A DNA stretch of 64,000 nucleotides from a virus (Duplodnaviria > Caudoviricetes), in the IMG/VR virus record IMGVR_UViG_3300025030_000042; one strand, written 5' to 3'. Below are positions 63,434 through 64,000 of the stretch, in pieces; the stretch's first letter is position 1, and each line of letters starts with the position of its first letter. Made by a program: the position numbers and the translations under genes. The notes under the pieces were generated by a model. It made no database searches and was not told where the DNA came from. It saw only the letters and a list, made by a program, of their open reading frames with translations.

Positions 63434-64000
63434 TTTTGACTCCCCTTAGTAATCTCTTGTTTTATTAAAAGTTCATCTGAATCATACATCATTTTTACGA
63501 GTTTTTCAAATTTTATTTTTGGTATCCAACCAAGATTCTTTTTTGCTTTTGAATAATCGCCCAACAGAAGAGGAACTTCTTGTGGTCTGAAATATTTAGG
63601 ATCTATTTCTACATATTTCATAGGATCACCAAGCCCAGCATATTCAAAAGTTAAATCAAGAAACTCACGAATAGAATGAGTTTCACCAGAGCAAATAACA
63701 TAATCTTCTGGAGTTTGTTGTTGTAACATCAAATACATAGCTTCGACATAATCTTTTGCGTGACCCCAATCTCGTTTCGCTTCAAGATTACCTAAATAAA
63801 GTTTATCTTGTAACCCATATTTTATTCTTGCTGCCGCTAATGTTATTTTGCGCGTTACAAATGTTTCACCGCGACGCTCCGATTCATGGTTAAACAATAT
63901 TCCAGAACACGCAAATAAACCATAAGACCTACGATAAACGTCAACCATGTGATGTGCTGCAAGTTTAGAAATGGCATAAATTGAAGAAGGAATGGTGATA
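63421..64000 (-). CDS. gmd: GDP-mannose 4,6-dehydratase (5' part outside the window)
   Basis: Frame open to the window end: [13 protein letters not shown] (YxxxK), [50 protein letters not shown]. Confidence 0.95.
   Translation of the reverse strand, partial: ITIPSSIYAISKLAAHHMVDVYRRSYGLFACSGILFNHESERRGETFVTRKITLAAARIKYGLQDKLYLGNLEAKRDWGHAKDYVEAMYLMLQQQTPEDYVICSGETHSIREFLDLTFEYAGLGDPMKYVEIDPKYFRPQEVPLLLGDYSKAKKNLGWIPKIKFEKLVKMMYDSDELLIKQEITKGSQKWKI

Noticed and set aside
1-64000. Stop-codon reassignment, as seen in some huge phages
   Set aside because: Long genes are intact in the standard code, and TAG (14525, 21664, 61975) and TGA (14077, 21138) end genes at tight junctions.
1-64000. CRISPR array, tRNA/rRNA, diversity-generating retroelement
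   Set aside because: I saw no spaced repeats, cloverleaf or reverse transcriptase, and intergenic gaps are too short except two already described. A tRNAscan/Infernal run would be definitive.
1-64000. Eukaryotic giant virus or bacterial chromosome origin
   Set aside because: The T4-like portal, terminase, protease, gp6 and gp25, SD sites and the sigma factor indicate a tailed bacteriophage; gmd and rpsU are embedded in phage operons.

Overview
A 64 kb, AT-rich segment of a large (jumbo/huge) T4-like myophage, with essentially all genes on the minus strand and standard genetic code. Read in transcription order (right to left): a partial GDP-mannose 4,6-dehydratase, small early genes and a phage sigma factor; a baseplate/tail block (gp5-like hub carrying esterase and M15 peptidase domains, HxH spike, 1856-aa PG-binding protein, gp25, gp6, 3474-aa LamG wedge, tail-collar-fibre-like paralogs, a beta-helix tailspike cassette); a replication/recombination islet (RuvC-like resolvase, primase, fused Mre11-Rad50); a holin plus spanin-like cassette; and a head/packaging block (intein-containing large terminase, portal, prohead protease, putative internal head proteins, ribosomal protein bS21). 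Five free-standing homing endonucleases (3 GIY-YIG, 2 HNH) and one HNH remnant are interspersed. The main non-coding structure is an 8-nt motif (consensus ACTATTTA on the coding strand) found 10 times in front of late genes, each time with a purine at the 6th base downstream. I infer it is a -10-only late promoter that often yields leaderless mRNA. One copy lies in the loop of a hairpin that hides the holin ribosome-binding site. A 27-bp direct repeat containing the motif and a gene start brackets a three-gene tailspike cassette. All protein family assignments come from motif recognition by eye, not database searches.
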